From: an uncultured bacterium | GTDB lineage: Bacteria > Babelota > Babeliae > Babelales > Vermiphilaceae | Assembly (NCBI GenBank): GCA_963707655.1 | Contig: OY970172.1 | Span: 992,001-1,056,000 of the forward strand | Direction of reading: 5' to 3' | DNA length: 64,000 nt | In this document: positions 37,314 through 48,383 of the stretch, piece by piece | Numbering within the stretch: position 1 is the first letter of the stretch | Layout of the letters: each line of letters starts with the position of its first letter | The notes under the pieces: generated by a model | The model's database searches: none | Told to the model about the DNA's origin: nothing | The model's input: only the letters and a program-made list of their open reading frames with translations | Program-made: the position numbers and the translations under genes

Positions 37314-37979
37314 ATGGTGATTTCAAAATTATTAAAACAAGTCATGCTGGTATTAGTTTTCATGAGTACATCTCTCATTGCCCATGACATTTTGCTCGAG
37401 TTCAAGGGAGCTTATTTTCTCTCTACCGGTTCACACTTTAAAAAAATTTATAATCATGGGGGAGCATTATGCGGCCCAGAGGTAACGTTTAGCTTATCTG
37501 ACGAAGAAGATTGGTGCGAAGATTGGTATGGATTTGCAAGTATTGACTTCTTGACTAAAAAAGGACATTCAATTGGTCTATGTACTCCAACAAAAGTTTA
37601 TATGGTGCCGCTTGCCTTCGGTGCAAAATATCTTGTACCCTTTCGTTGTGGCGATTTCTACGTAGGCTTGGGATTGCAGGCAGTCTATTTGAAAACTAAA
37701 AACTTTTCCCCCTTTGTCATACCGTGTACTTCAGAATGGGGAGTGGGTGGTATAGCAAAAATCGGTAGCTATTTTGATTTGCCTCACGATTTGTTCATCG
37801 ATCTTTTTATTGATTACAGCTTTGTCAAAGTGGGTCAAAAAAATAATTATTCAAACATTATCGATTTTGTACCTAACCCGGCCCCCATCAATGGTGCCAG
37901 TCCGCTTGTCGTGGAACCAATCAGAGCCAATCTTAGCGGTGCGGTGTTTGGTATTGGATTTGGCTATCGCTTTAATTAG
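37314..37979 (+). CDS. Putative outer-membrane beta-barrel protein
   Basis: Signal peptide; C-terminal GIGFGYRF. Confidence 0.7.
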   Translation: MVISKLLKQVMLVLVFMSTSLIAHDILLEFKGAYFLSTGSHFKKIYNHGGALCGPEVTFSLSDEEDWCEDWYGFASIDFLTKKGHSIGLCTPTKVYMVPLAFGAKYLVPFRCGDFYVGLGLQAVYLKTKNFSPFVIPCTSEWGVGGIAKIGSYFDLPHDLFIDLFIDYSFVKVGQKNNYSNIIDFVPNPAPINGASPLVVEPIRANLSGAVFGIGFGYRFN

Positions 37980-38034
37980 TTTGTTGTGGCAAAGTACCGG
38001 GTAGATGAAGCAGGGAGTTCAAATCACCGGTTAC

Positions 38035-38565
38035 TCATTCTTTTGGGGAGCGTCTAAATAGATTCAAAACATGTTGAGCATTTTGTATAACTCTTTTCTC
38101 GGCGTTAAAGCCGAGTGCTTGCACAAGATCAACAGAAGAGGGCTCATCTTCCCAATCTGTGTGGTATGGGTCCGCACCCGCATTAAGCAGCAGTATCAAA
38201 GAATTAAAGTTTCCTTCGTGTATTGCGTGTGCCGCGTAGATATCGAGCAATTTTATATTTTCTGATGCCAAGCAATTTATATTAATAAGTTTTGATCGCG
38301 TAAGAAAGAGCAATCTTTGTTGCGCTTCAGCCTGCTGCTCAGAATATTGTATGACGGTATTTATACAATATGCCGATGGGTCAAAGTTTCTAACAAGGGT
38401 AAACAATTGTTGCATTCCAAAGCAGAAGAGATGAAGATTTGGTTGCGAGCAGCGCCAGGAGAATTGTTGTTTGAAATACGCAGCCATAGCATGAGAGTCG
38501 CTCATGGCGCATGTACTACTGACTGTTAAAAGTATCGATATTAATAAGAATATTTTTTTACACAT
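38035..38565 (-). CDS. Secreted hypothetical protein with ankyrin-like segment
   Basis: Signal peptide; AIHEGN..LLLNAGADP. Confidence 0.55.
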   Translation of the reverse strand: MCKKIFLLISILLTVSSTCAMSDSHAMAAYFKQQFSWRCSQPNLHLFCFGMQQLFTLVRNFDPSAYCINTVIQYSEQQAEAQQRLLFLTRSKLININCLASENIKLLDIYAAHAIHEGNFNSLILLLNAGADPYHTDWEDEPSSVDLVQALGFNAEKRVIQNAQHVLNLFRRSPKE

Positions 38566-38756
38566 CAGGCGCGCCCTCTTGTTTGTAGTAAAGTGTCCTA
38601 TAGTCTATTTAAAAATAGTTAAAAATCAAAGTGTTTTACTATAAGCCCATCAGGGGCACCAAAACAGAAAAAATATTCAAAATTGACATTTTTTTTAAAA
38701 ATGCTATAGTCAGTCATATAAGTAATAAAATCGGTGAAAAGCGGAGAGTATTTTCT

Positions 38757-39416
38757 ATGAATAACCTGATAAAAACTACCATCTTTGTTCTTGTTGCGGC
38801 GATCGCTTCAGGATCAGTGGCGAATCACACAGCCAAAGCTGTGATCTTTGATATCACTGCAAAAACAAAGCTGATTATCGAGCAAGGGGATATCACTCAA
38901 AGTAACGTTGAGGCAATTGTAAATGCGGCAAATAAAGAGCTTGAAGGCGGAGCCGGTGTATGCGGTGCTATTTTTAAAGCGGCCGGTGCGCAACAACTAC
39001 AAGCTGAATGCAATACCTATAGCGTGGATAACGGTGTTCGATGCCCGACAGGCGAGGCAAAAATCACCTCAAGTTGCGCATTGGAGGATCGAGGAATCAA
39101 TTATATTATACACGCCGTTGGCCCCGATTGCAGAGTTATTAAAGATGAGATCAAGCAAGATAATCTTTTGCATCAGGCATATTATAATGCTCTTGTTTTG
39201 GCTGATCAAAATAAAGTTACGTCTATTGCATTCCCCTTTATAAGTTCTGCTATTTATGCCTTTCCCAAGCAACGCGCAGCGCAGATTGCCCTAAACGCAA
39301 TTGTGGGCTATGCTCGTTCTCATCAGGCGACAACAACAATTTCTGCCGTCCATTTTGTTCTGTTTAGTGTTGAAGATTATGATTTGTTTTGTACCATGTT
39401 AAAGAAAGAATTGTAA
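38757..39416 (+). CDS. Macro domain protein (ADP-ribose binding/hydrolase) with signal-like N-terminus
   Basis: QGDIT, AIVNAAN..L.GGAGVCGAIFKAAG, IIHAVGP, IAFPFISSAIY. Confidence 0.9.
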   Translation: MNNLIKTTIFVLVAAIASGSVANHTAKAVIFDITAKTKLIIEQGDITQSNVEAIVNAANKELEGGAGVCGAIFKAAGAQQLQAECNTYSVDNGVRCPTGEAKITSSCALEDRGINYIIHAVGPDCRVIKDEIKQDNLLHQAYYNALVLADQNKVTSIAFPFISSAIYAFPKQRAAQIALNAIVGYARSHQATTTISAVHFVLFSVEDYDLFCTMLKKEL

Positions 39417-40777
39417 TGATCAAGAGAATACAAAAATCAACAGTTAGCCTTTCTCTGTTAATCGCCTTTTTCCCGCTATACGCTGCTTTTTACGCTGATT
39501 CGATCAAAGATATACATGCCCCAAAAGATTTTATATGGGGTGCAGCTCTTTCCGAATATCAAGTTTCAGGAGCCGATTGCTGTATCAAAAGCAATTGGTC
39601 TGAGTGGGAAGGTACGCTGAAAGAAAAGTCTGCCGATGCGTGCCAATTTTGGAGTCGATATAAAGAAGATATTCAATTGATGAAGCAATTGGGAATACAG
39701 TCACTGCGCTTTTCTGTGGAATGGTGCACGATAGAGCCGGAAGAGGGCAATTTTGATCATGAGGCTATACAGCATTATAGTGATGTGTGCCAAGAATTGA
39801 TCAATGCCGGTATAACGCCTATGATCACCTTGCATCATTTTGTTCATCCCGCTTGGTTCGAAGAACGTGGCGGTTTTTTAAATTCAGAAAACAACCATTA
39901 TTTTGTGCGTTTTTGCGCCTATGTCTTTGAGCACCTTTCAGACAAAGTGCATTTATGGTGCACTATTAATGAGCCAACTATTTTTGCGTTTCAAGGATAT
40001 GTGCGGGGCGTATTTCCTCCGGGAAGAAAAAATATAATGAGTTCTTGGAGAGTTTTAAGAAACCTGATAAAGGCTCACACGCAGGTATATAGAACATTAA
40101 AAAAGATGGAAAATGGATCAGATGCGCAGATAGGATTGGTGCACCAATATCTTAAATTTCAATCATATAGTTCATGGAACCCCCTTGAAAAAGTACCCGG
40201 CCTGCTTTTTAATCATTTGCTTAATGATGCAGTAATAGAATTTTTACAAACGGGTTGTTTCAACGGTTGGTTCAGCATGCGCTATAAAGCAAATAAAGGT
40301 GAAAAAATAACTGACTTTATTGGTCTGAACTACTATTCTCGCGCCTTGATTAAGGCACAGGCAGATCTGGGGAATGTTTTGGTTCCGGCATGCTACCCTG
40401 ATGAAGTGATGACCGATATGCCTTACGCGGTCTATCCACAAGGATTTTACGATGCACTCATGCATTTAAAAAATTTAGAAATTCCTATTTACGTGACGGA
40501 AAATGGCATCGCCGATGCTGCCGATGATCGTCGAGATTTATATATCCGCAGCTATTTGGCGGCCATGAGTCAAGCAATTGCCGATGGTGCCGATGTGCGG
40601 GGCTATTATTATTGGTCCATTATGGACAACTTTGAATGGGACATGGGGTATGGTATGAAATTCGGTCTCTTTGAGGTTGATCGCCAGACTCAAATGCGTA
40701 CTTTGCGATCCGGAGCACAGTTTTACAAAGAGCTGCTTGCGGCAGTAAAGCCGCAAGAGAACAGAACAATGCTTTGA
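39416..40777 (+). CDS. Glycoside hydrolase family 1 (beta-glucosidase-like)
   Basis: FIWGAA..YQ, RFSVEW, TINEP, VTENG, WSIMDNFEW. Confidence 0.95.
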   Translation: MIKRIQKSTVSLSLLIAFFPLYAAFYADSIKDIHAPKDFIWGAALSEYQVSGADCCIKSNWSEWEGTLKEKSADACQFWSRYKEDIQLMKQLGIQSLRFSVEWCTIEPEEGNFDHEAIQHYSDVCQELINAGITPMITLHHFVHPAWFEERGGFLNSENNHYFVRFCAYVFEHLSDKVHLWCTINEPTIFAFQGYVRGVFPPGRKNIMSSWRVLRNLIKAHTQVYRTLKKMENGSDAQIGLVHQYLKFQSYSSWNPLEKVPGLLFNHLLNDAVIEFLQTGCFNGWFSMRYKANKGEKITDFIGLNYYSRALIKAQADLGNVLVPACYPDEVMTDMPYAVYPQGFYDALMHLKNLEIPIYVTENGIADAADDRRDLYIRSYLAAMSQAIADGADVRGYYYWSIMDNFEWDMGYGMKFGLFEVDRQTQMRTLRSGAQFYKELLAAVKPQENRTML

Positions 40778-40842
40778 GTTTCTTCGGCAGCGTCTTACGA
40801 TTTTTTAATAACCTAGAGACGCTTGCCTGCTCAACGCATAGA

Positions 40843-41025
40843 TTATTTGCTGCTCTTCTTTGGCGCTTTTCCGCCCATTGCTCGAGCTTCTGATAATCCT
40901 ATGGCAATAGCTTGTTTACGACTCGTTACCCTTTTGCCCGATTTACCACTTTTTAAAGTACCTTTTTTCCGTTCTTCCATGGCGCGTTTTACTTTTTCTT
41001 GTGCCAATTTTCCATATTTAGCCAT
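40843..41025 (-). CDS. Small basic protein (DUF6496-like)
   Basis: KGTLKSG..KRVTSRKQAIAIGLSEAR. Confidence 0.75.
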   Translation of the reverse strand: MAKYGKLAQEKVKRAMEERKKGTLKSGKSGKRVTSRKQAIAIGLSEARAMGGKAPKKSSK

Positions 41026-41254
41026 TACATGCTCCTTTGAGTTTGTTATCAAAAAATGCTTAAAGTACTAGGTTAATTTACTATTATGGTATCGAAATAC
41101 ATATTCTTTTTGCAATAAAATAAAGAAGTTGGAAAAGGGGATTTGTGGAATTAAATAGAGTATTTATTTCCAGTACAAATTATTGTTATGATAGTTATAC
41201 TTACAACAGGGGTATTTGCCTAATATACTTTTTTCACCTTAAAAGGAGATAATC

Positions 41255-41488
41255 ATGGCTAATGATTATAAGAACAATAACAACGGGTTTAACAAAAACA
41301 ACGGATTTAATAAACCTGAGAACAAACAAGAGAGAAATGAGCAACATGGTCAAAACAACCAACAACATGGTCAGCATAAAAAAGAAGGTCATGCGGGCAA
41401 CAGAAACGAGCAACATGGTCAAAACAAACACCAACATGGTAAACAAGAAAATAACAAACAAGAAGATAGACAAAATAAAAAATGGTAA
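41255..41488 (+). CDS. Small N/Q/H/K-rich hydrophilic protein
   Basis: AGGAG RBS; repeats of RNEQHGQN. Confidence 0.6.
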   Translation: MANDYKNNNNGFNKNNGFNKPENKQERNEQHGQNNQQHGQHKKEGHAGNRNEQHGQNKHQHGKQENNKQEDRQNKKW

Positions 41489-41577
41489 CATTTTTTGTTC
41501 TTGTTAAAATAATTTGCTTAAGGCACACTTTACGGTGTGCCTTATTCATGTAAAAAATTATTACAGAGATCATAGCA

Positions 41578-42162
41578 ATGATGACATGCAGGATTTTTTT
41601 ATATACGTTCGTTGTTGCATGTGTATATACTGCGCCATCGTTAGCAATGACAGAAATAAAAAAACCTATCGAAATTCAAATCATCTCCCCAGAGAAATCA
41701 TATTCAAGAGTTACCACTATCGTCGCATATGAATACGATGACACAGATAAAAAACGGGTCGGTTACTTGCAATATGCGGTGAGGCCCAATGACATGTCTC
41801 ATGAGCACGCAGATGTACCGATTGGGGTGACGCATTATATGACATGGCTCATGAAACTCGGCGAAAAAAATGAGCGAAATTTTTATATAGGTGACATTGG
41901 CAGTTTCGAGATTGAAAAGCCTGACACGGACAATCAATTACTTAAAAGATTGTTTAAAACAGCAATAATGCATATGAAGACTCGTCGCGTACCGTGCACA
42001 ATAGATAAAGTACAATGGATCGCTGACAGCAAAGAACAAGAGAATTTTTTTGCAACAAACTTTGGCGCGATCAGCTTAATGCAGTTGTACCCCAACGAAA
42101 ACAGTCTTGGATCTGATTCTTTTTCTTTACGAAAAAGCTCTTTCATGCAAATTAATCTGTGA
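41578..42162 (+). CDS. Hypothetical secreted protein
   Basis: Signal-like N-terminus, 194 aa. Confidence 0.6.
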   Translation: MMTCRIFLYTFVVACVYTAPSLAMTEIKKPIEIQIISPEKSYSRVTTIVAYEYDDTDKKRVGYLQYAVRPNDMSHEHADVPIGVTHYMTWLMKLGEKNERNFYIGDIGSFEIEKPDTDNQLLKRLFKTAIMHMKTRRVPCTIDKVQWIADSKEQENFFATNFGAISLMQLYPNENSLGSDSFSLRKSSFMQINL

Positions 42163-42354
42163 CATCCACAGAGTTTATTTTTGCCAGAATCGGCGCTTTG
42201 CTTGCAGGCGCAAGCCTCCGCATTACCCACTGAATCAACTCCATTAATTTCTAACAGAAATGATTTGCTATTGATAAGTTCTGTTGATAGTATAATAATA
42301 TCTTTTTTAGTGTAGTTAGATACTAAGTCATTTTATTACGTAGGAAATATTATT

Positions 42355-43485
42355 ATGATATCTATTCGACAAGCGCTGCAAAATTCCGTTTTGCTGACTC
42401 TTTTTCTGGTGAGTTCTTCCTCTTATTCCTATCCCAATGATTATTATAAAAAAAGTTCTTTTGATGATGCAGGCGCCATCGCATTGGTTGTTGGCGGCAT
42501 TGCTGCCGGTGCATATGGATTGTACAAATTGATTGATTGGTGTTGCACTCCTTCCAACGAAGCTCTTTTGAATTCAGGCAATGATCTTTTTCAGCAGGCG
42601 AACTATCGTTTTCAATCTATCATGACACACACGCACGCGATTCAAGCGGTATATCCTTGTGAATATTATTATGATCCCCAATGGATACATCATAATGAAA
42701 CTGTTTTGTTTAATATAACATCGCACTGCTTCAGAGAAGAATCAATCCATCATTATATAGACACTCTTAATAATTTTACCTACCAGACGCGCAATAAAAC
42801 AGCTGAAATTAATAGCCGCATTCTCAAGCTGAAAGCAGATAAGCAGTACAGCAAATATGTGGGCATCTGTGATCAATTACAGCAAACGGCCGATAAACTT
42901 TCGGCAATCAATACAAATCTGGAAACAATATATAATTATTTAAAAAGTCATAGAAAATACATAGATTTATGGCAAGCCGTGCGTAAAGTTTCTCACTGTT
43001 ATGCGCGTGAAAATGAGTTTGTGCAATTTCCTTTTTCTGCAGGCATTACTCCAACACTGATGGCGTTGGCAATGACTCACGCAGATGTTTCTTGCGCGAA
43101 ATACCCAATATTGAAATATGTTGAAAAAGTAAGCCAGGCGCGCACAGATTTAAGTGGTGCATTGGTTGATACGGGACTTTGTTCTCATCTACATCAAGAA
43201 GCAACGCTGTTTTTAAAGAAAATTGAAACAATCAAAGGTTGTATTGTATCGAGTGATCGTTATATACAAGAGCGAGCTATGGCAGAAAAAGAGCGTCGTG
43301 AGCAAGCGCTCATTGCCTTGCAACAACAACAATTATTGGTACAACAGCAGCAATTACTTGAAGCGCAAAAACAAAATGAGTTAAAGTTACAAGAATTAAA
43401 ACAGCAACAAGCTCAGCAATGGTATGAAAATGTATACGGCAAGCCGGTCCAACAGCACAATGTCGTGGTAAATATTCGGCAATAA
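42355..43485 (+). CDS. Hypothetical secreted/membrane coiled-coil protein
   Basis: Signal peptide, TM segment, Q-rich C-terminus. Confidence 0.7.
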   Translation: MISIRQALQNSVLLTLFLVSSSSYSYPNDYYKKSSFDDAGAIALVVGGIAAGAYGLYKLIDWCCTPSNEALLNSGNDLFQQANYRFQSIMTHTHAIQAVYPCEYYYDPQWIHHNETVLFNITSHCFREESIHHYIDTLNNFTYQTRNKTAEINSRILKLKADKQYSKYVGICDQLQQTADKLSAINTNLETIYNYLKSHRKYIDLWQAVRKVSHCYARENEFVQFPFSAGITPTLMALAMTHADVSCAKYPILKYVEKVSQARTDLSGALVDTGLCSHLHQEATLFLKKIETIKGCIVSSDRYIQERAMAEKERREQALIALQQQQLLVQQQQLLEAQKQNELKLQELKQQQAQQWYENVYGKPVQQHNVVVNIRQ

Positions 43486-43518
43486 AAAAGTAAGTCTTGT
43501 TTCAAAAAAAGAGGTAGT

Positions 43519-44361
43519 GTGATGATCAACAAAAAACAAATCATTTTAAGCGGATTGCTCTTGGCAATTCCTGCACAAGCGATACAAGCGTCCCCCTACG
43601 AAAAATTAATTACTGCGGCAGGGACCATAGCTACAGGAATTGCTACATATTGTTACTTCAGGCAAAATCCTGATTTCTATGCAATGGCTATACTCGGTAT
43701 TCCTCTTGTAGCAGTGGGGAACTATATAGCTGTGGGAGCATTTGCGGAATTATCAGATCAGAGCCTCATTAAATCTGCGTGCACATTGGCTTTAAGAGCA
43801 GAAGCACAATATGAGAGTATTGTTGCATATCATCAACAACTTACGCAAAGCAATCAGATAATCGATGCTGATCTATTGCCAATGATAAACCTGGTCAATG
43901 AGCCAATTGATGCATATTTATGCACCATGAAAAAAACGATTCGCGCATTACATGATCAAAAGAAGTCTCTTGGGCTTCGCATTGCGCAAGGATTTAATGA
44001 TGATCATGACCAAGAAGTCTTTAAGCAAATACTCTGCGATGTTTCTACCATGATCTCCATGCTCAAGCAAGTGTATGGATTCTTGAAAGCAAACAAAGAA
44101 TTTTTTATTGCCGCCGCTGTGTACGAGCAAGACGAATGTTTGCCTCAAACAGAACAGTCACAGCAGAGCAATGATCAAACAAATCAGCAGGAAGAAGACG
44201 AATACCTAGATGAAGAACGTTCACCTTTCCCTGTATTCGTGCCGGTAGTAACAAATCATCAATTTCAAAAACAAGAAGCAGCTTCGGTAGTTCCTAATGA
44301 ACAAGCGCACGACCGTATTTTAGAATCCTATCGTAAAGATTTTCTCTTTGGTGAATTTTAA
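43519..44361 (+). CDS. Hypothetical membrane protein, loosely similar to upstream ORF
   Basis: Signal plus TM segments; S(N/D)..L..S and Y..LK motifs shared with 42355..43485. Confidence 0.65.
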   Translation: MMINKKQIILSGLLLAIPAQAIQASPYEKLITAAGTIATGIATYCYFRQNPDFYAMAILGIPLVAVGNYIAVGAFAELSDQSLIKSACTLALRAEAQYESIVAYHQQLTQSNQIIDADLLPMINLVNEPIDAYLCTMKKTIRALHDQKKSLGLRIAQGFNDDHDQEVFKQILCDVSTMISMLKQVYGFLKANKEFFIAAAVYEQDECLPQTEQSQQSNDQTNQQEEDEYLDEERSPFPVFVPVVTNHQFQKQEAASVVPNEQAHDRILESYRKDFLFGEF

Positions 44362-44381
44362 AAATTAGCAGTATAATTACA

Positions 44382-44418
44382 AAAAATAGCCGGTGACTTA
44401 AAATCGCCGGCTATTTTT
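44382..44418. terminator. Intrinsic terminator
   Basis: AAAAATAGCCGGTGA..TCGCCGGCTATTTTT hairpin with A/T tracts. Confidence 0.8.
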
Positions 44419-44562
44419 GTTTGTTGATGACTCCGTGCCTCAACCGATCCATGAAGCATTTTGTGAGTTAAGACTCGTTTTTATAGACAGGGTTGATCCC
44501 ATTTTTGATAAACTTATTGGGTTAAATAAGTAAAAACCTTATACAATTCAAAAGAGGTTTGC

Positions 44563-45156
44563 ATGCAATTAAAAAATATTTTATGTGGATCAATCATCGC
44601 TTTAACACTGCCAATAGTTGCGGTGCAATGGCCGGAGGATCTATATAATAACGGAAAAGCAGCAATACAAAACAATGATTTTGCAACAGCCAAAAAAGCC
44701 ATTGCTGATTTAAAGGCCATGGTAATTACTTCTAAACAACGCACCGGTCCACAACAGCGTCTGAATGGATTCATACAAGATCTACAAGCACAGTTAGATG
44801 CAAAAAATAAAGAAGCTTCCTCTCCATTGCCAGCTCCCGTACAATCAGCTCCCGTACAATCAGCTCCCGTACAATCAGCTCCCGTACAGCCAGCTGAGCC
44901 GGAACGATCCGAGCAAAAAGAAGATAATGCATTGCAACGGCAACTGGCTCAACAACAAGCAAGAAATGAAGCATTACAAGAAGAATTAACGGGCGCACAT
45001 CAAAAAATTGTAGAACTGGAAACAACCATTAACGCCACCGTTAAAGAGCTTGCAGCCAAAGTAGATAATGATAGGCAGCGGATTACTCACAAGCTTGGCG
45101 AGATGGAAAATAAAGTTAAAGAGCTCGCGGAGCAATTAGAAAGACTAAACAACTAA
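44563..45156 (+). CDS. Secreted coiled-coil protein with APVQS repeats
   Basis: Signal peptide; four 15-bp CAGCTCCCGTACAAT-type units at 44831-44890. Confidence 0.7.
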   Translation: MQLKNILCGSIIALTLPIVAVQWPEDLYNNGKAAIQNNDFATAKKAIADLKAMVITSKQRTGPQQRLNGFIQDLQAQLDAKNKEASSPLPAPVQSAPVQSAPVQSAPVQPAEPERSEQKEDNALQRQLAQQQARNEALQEELTGAHQKIVELETTINATVKELAAKVDNDRQRITHKLGEMENKVKELAEQLERLNN

Positions 45157-45173
45157 TAAAGGTTGATTAGTCT

Positions 45174-47742
45174 CTACATACCTTGCCCATGGCATTTTTT
45201 ATATTTCTTACCCGATCCGCAGGAGCATGCATCGTTGCGTCCTATTTTTTCAACATGACGTGGCTCTTGAATAGTTGATTCATCAGCAATCGAGCTGACT
45301 TGCATTTGCGCTAGTTCTTGTTGGCGTCGTCTTTCAAGATCATGCTCATTGAATCGTTCAAGATTCAAATGGAATATGTGATGAACAATGGCATGGCGCA
45401 CACCCATCATCATTTCTTGGAACATAGCAAATGCTTCTCGTTTATATTCAATAAGCGGATTTTTTTGTCCCCATGCTACGCAAACCAATACCTTCTTTTA
45501 AATGATCAAGATTAAGCATATGTTGCTTCCATGCCTGATCAATTGTTTCAAGCATGAGCCATTTTTCTGCGTTATGAATAAGCTCTTCATTTTGTGTGTT
45601 CGAGACGATGCTCATTGTATTCATCAAGCAAGAAATTTACTAAGATCAGTTTCAAATGTTTCGCGATTTGCTGTGCTTAAGTTGTGCAGTTTCAAAATCT
45701 GCTCAGTTTTTAATCCGGTCATTTGATGCAGCTCTTCAAATAATTGCTTGTATCTGTTCATTCATTAATTGAACGATCAGGGCAATGATGCGCAATCACA
45801 TCTTCAACGCTTTTGCAATCATATCACGCACCAAGTTCATAAATATGTTCTTCACCTTCAAGAACATCGCGGCGAATAGCGATAAACAACAATTCGTTGT
45901 TGATTAAGCACATCATCATATTCAAGTAAATGTTTACGAATTTCAAAGTTATGTTTTTCAACCTTTTCTTGTGCGCGTTCAATGGTTTTAGAAAAAAACG
46001 ATGATTCAATAATCTCATCTTCTTTCATGCCAAAACGTTCCATATTTTTCTTGAGATGTATCGCCCGCAAAAATACGGATTAAGATCATCTTCAAGAGAA
46101 ATATAAAAACGAGATTCTCCCGGATCCCTTGACGGCCTGAACGTCCACGCAACTGATTATCAATACGTCGACTTTCATGGCGTTCAGTACCTAAAATATA
46201 AAACCGCCCGCTTTAATTGATTCGGGAGTTAATTTAATATCAGTACCACGGCCAGCCATATTGGTTGCAATGGTAATGCGTCCCAGGTTCACCCGCATGC
46301 GCAACAATTTCTGCTTCGCGCTGCGTGTTGTTTTGCATTAAGAACATCATGAGGAATACCATTTGCGGTTAAAACATGCACTTAAAAATTCAGATGTTTC
46401 AATAGCAATGGTACCAATCAAAACCGGTTGGCCTTTTTTATGGCGTTCTTTAACATCTTCAACAATTGCTTTATATTTTGCATTTTTAGATAAAAAAATA
46501 AGATCCGGCTTATCATCACGGATCATAGTGCTGATTGGTTGGAATGGAAACAACATCAAGCTTATAAATTTTATGAAATTCTTCTGCTTCAGTTGCAGCC
46601 GTACCGGTCATACCAGCAAGTTTTTTATACAATCTAAAATAATTTTGCAAAGTAATGGAGGCGAGTGTTTGCGTTTCTCGTTCAATCTCAACACCTTCTT
46701 TTGCTTCAAGTGCTTGATGCAATCCATCGCTATAACGACGCCCTGGCAAAATACGACCGGTAAATTCATCAACAATTAAAACTTCACCATCTTTTACCAC
46801 ATAATCAACATCACGCTTAAATAATGCATGCGCTCGCAATGCTTGATTAATATGATGCAATAAGTTGCAGATTTTCAATAGCATAAAGATTTTTAATATC
46901 AAAATGCTTTTTCAACTTTATCATTTCCAGCTTCGGTAAAATGTACAGTGCGTGCTTTTTCATCAACTTCATAATCTTCGTTTTTTTCTAATCGTTGCGA
47001 CCACTTTGATCTGCATTCAGCATATAATTTGACTACTTTCATCAGAAGATCCAGAAATAATAAGCGGCGTTCGCGCTTCATCAATCAAAATAGAGTCAAC
47101 TTCATCCACAATGGCAAAATAAAGATCGCGTTGCACATAATCTTCCAAGCGAAATTTCATGTTATCGCGCAGATAATCAAAGCCAAGTTCATTATTGGTT
47201 GCATAGACAATATCGCATGCATATGCCTTTTTGCGTTCTGCATCACTCATATGATTTTGTAGAGCAGCCAACTGCTAGACCCAAGAAGGTATAAATATGG
47301 TACCCATCCATTCAGCATCACGTCGCGCCAAATAATCATTTACCGTAACAAGATGTAGCTCCTTTGCCGGCTAAGTGCATTGAGATAAAGCGGCAATGTT
47401 GCGGTGAGTGTTTTACCTTCACCGGTTTTCATTTCAGCAATTTTGCCTTGATGAAGTACAATACCACCAATCAGTTGCACATCATAATGGCGTTGGCCCA
47501 AGATCACGCTTTGCTGCTTCTCGCACAACGGCAAATGCTTCAGGCAAAATATCATCAAGATGTGTGCCGTTGCTTAAGCGTTCGCGAAATTCATTCGTTT
47601 TGTTGGCGAGATCAGCATCGCTCAATGCACTAATCTTGGGTTCAAACTCGTTAATGGTCTTAACAATAGGTTGGAGTTGACGGAGTTGACGGGCATTGTT
47701 TGTACCCAGAACAATCGCTAAAAGTCGTGCAATCATGCTCAT
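45174..47742 (-). pseudogene. secA: Preprotein translocase SecA, broken by many frameshifts (possible consensus errors)
   Basis: Fragments with [76 protein letters not shown] in different frames. Confidence 0.92.
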
Positions 47743-47987
47743 CCTTATGCTATGCGTATTAAATTATTTGTAGGGTAGTTTAATCTGATGCGAATGTAAA
47801 AGTAAATAAATTCGATCATCAAGAAATAATGATAAAAATGTATCATAAAATCTCTTCCTGAACAAACATTTGTCCCGGTTCACTCTGTGCGGGAAAAATG
47901 TGAGGGACTAATAATTGGAAATAATGTTACACAGGGATAACGCGTCGTAAGGCGGGATGGGGGGGTGTTAAGAGTCAAATTTATGAC

Positions 47988-48017
47988 AAAAAGCCGAGTA
48001 GCGAGCCTCGGCTTTTT
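47988..48017. terminator. Intrinsic terminator
   Basis: AAAAAGCCGAG..CTCGGCTTTTT. Confidence 0.75.
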
Positions 48018-48066
48018 TGTCTGAATTTCACAAGCTTTTTTAATATAAAAATTTGATAATAAACGC

Positions 48067-48279
48067 TTATTTTTTCTTGCGTTTGAACAATGTATTACAC
48101 ACATCCATAATAAAAGCGTAACCGTCAGCCAGTACAAAGCCCCAGGCAATCGCACCAATTGCAGCAACGATCAAAATAATATTAATGCCCCAGCCTAAAG
48201 CATGCAATGTATTGAGTAATACCAAAAGACCAGCGACCATGAGTAATATACCTTTGTGGTGACGTGTAATTTTCATCAA
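48067..48279 (-). CDS. Small membrane protein
   Basis: Two hydrophobic segments, AGGAG RBS. Confidence 0.7.
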   Translation of the reverse strand: MMKITRHHKGILLMVAGLLVLLNTLHALGWGINIILIVAAIGAIAWGFVLADGYAFIMDVCNTLFKRKKK

Positions 48280-48383
48280 ATTTCTCCTTTATTTATTCAC
48301 TATTTTTATTTGGTGTTGCACATATACCATTTAATGCAAGTATAAAATATTGAAAATAAATAAATCAAGACTTTAATGAAGGA

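Noticed and set aside
44831..44890. 15-bp tandem repeat as regulatory or iteron array
   Set aside because: In-frame coding repeat (APVQS linker) within a secreted protein
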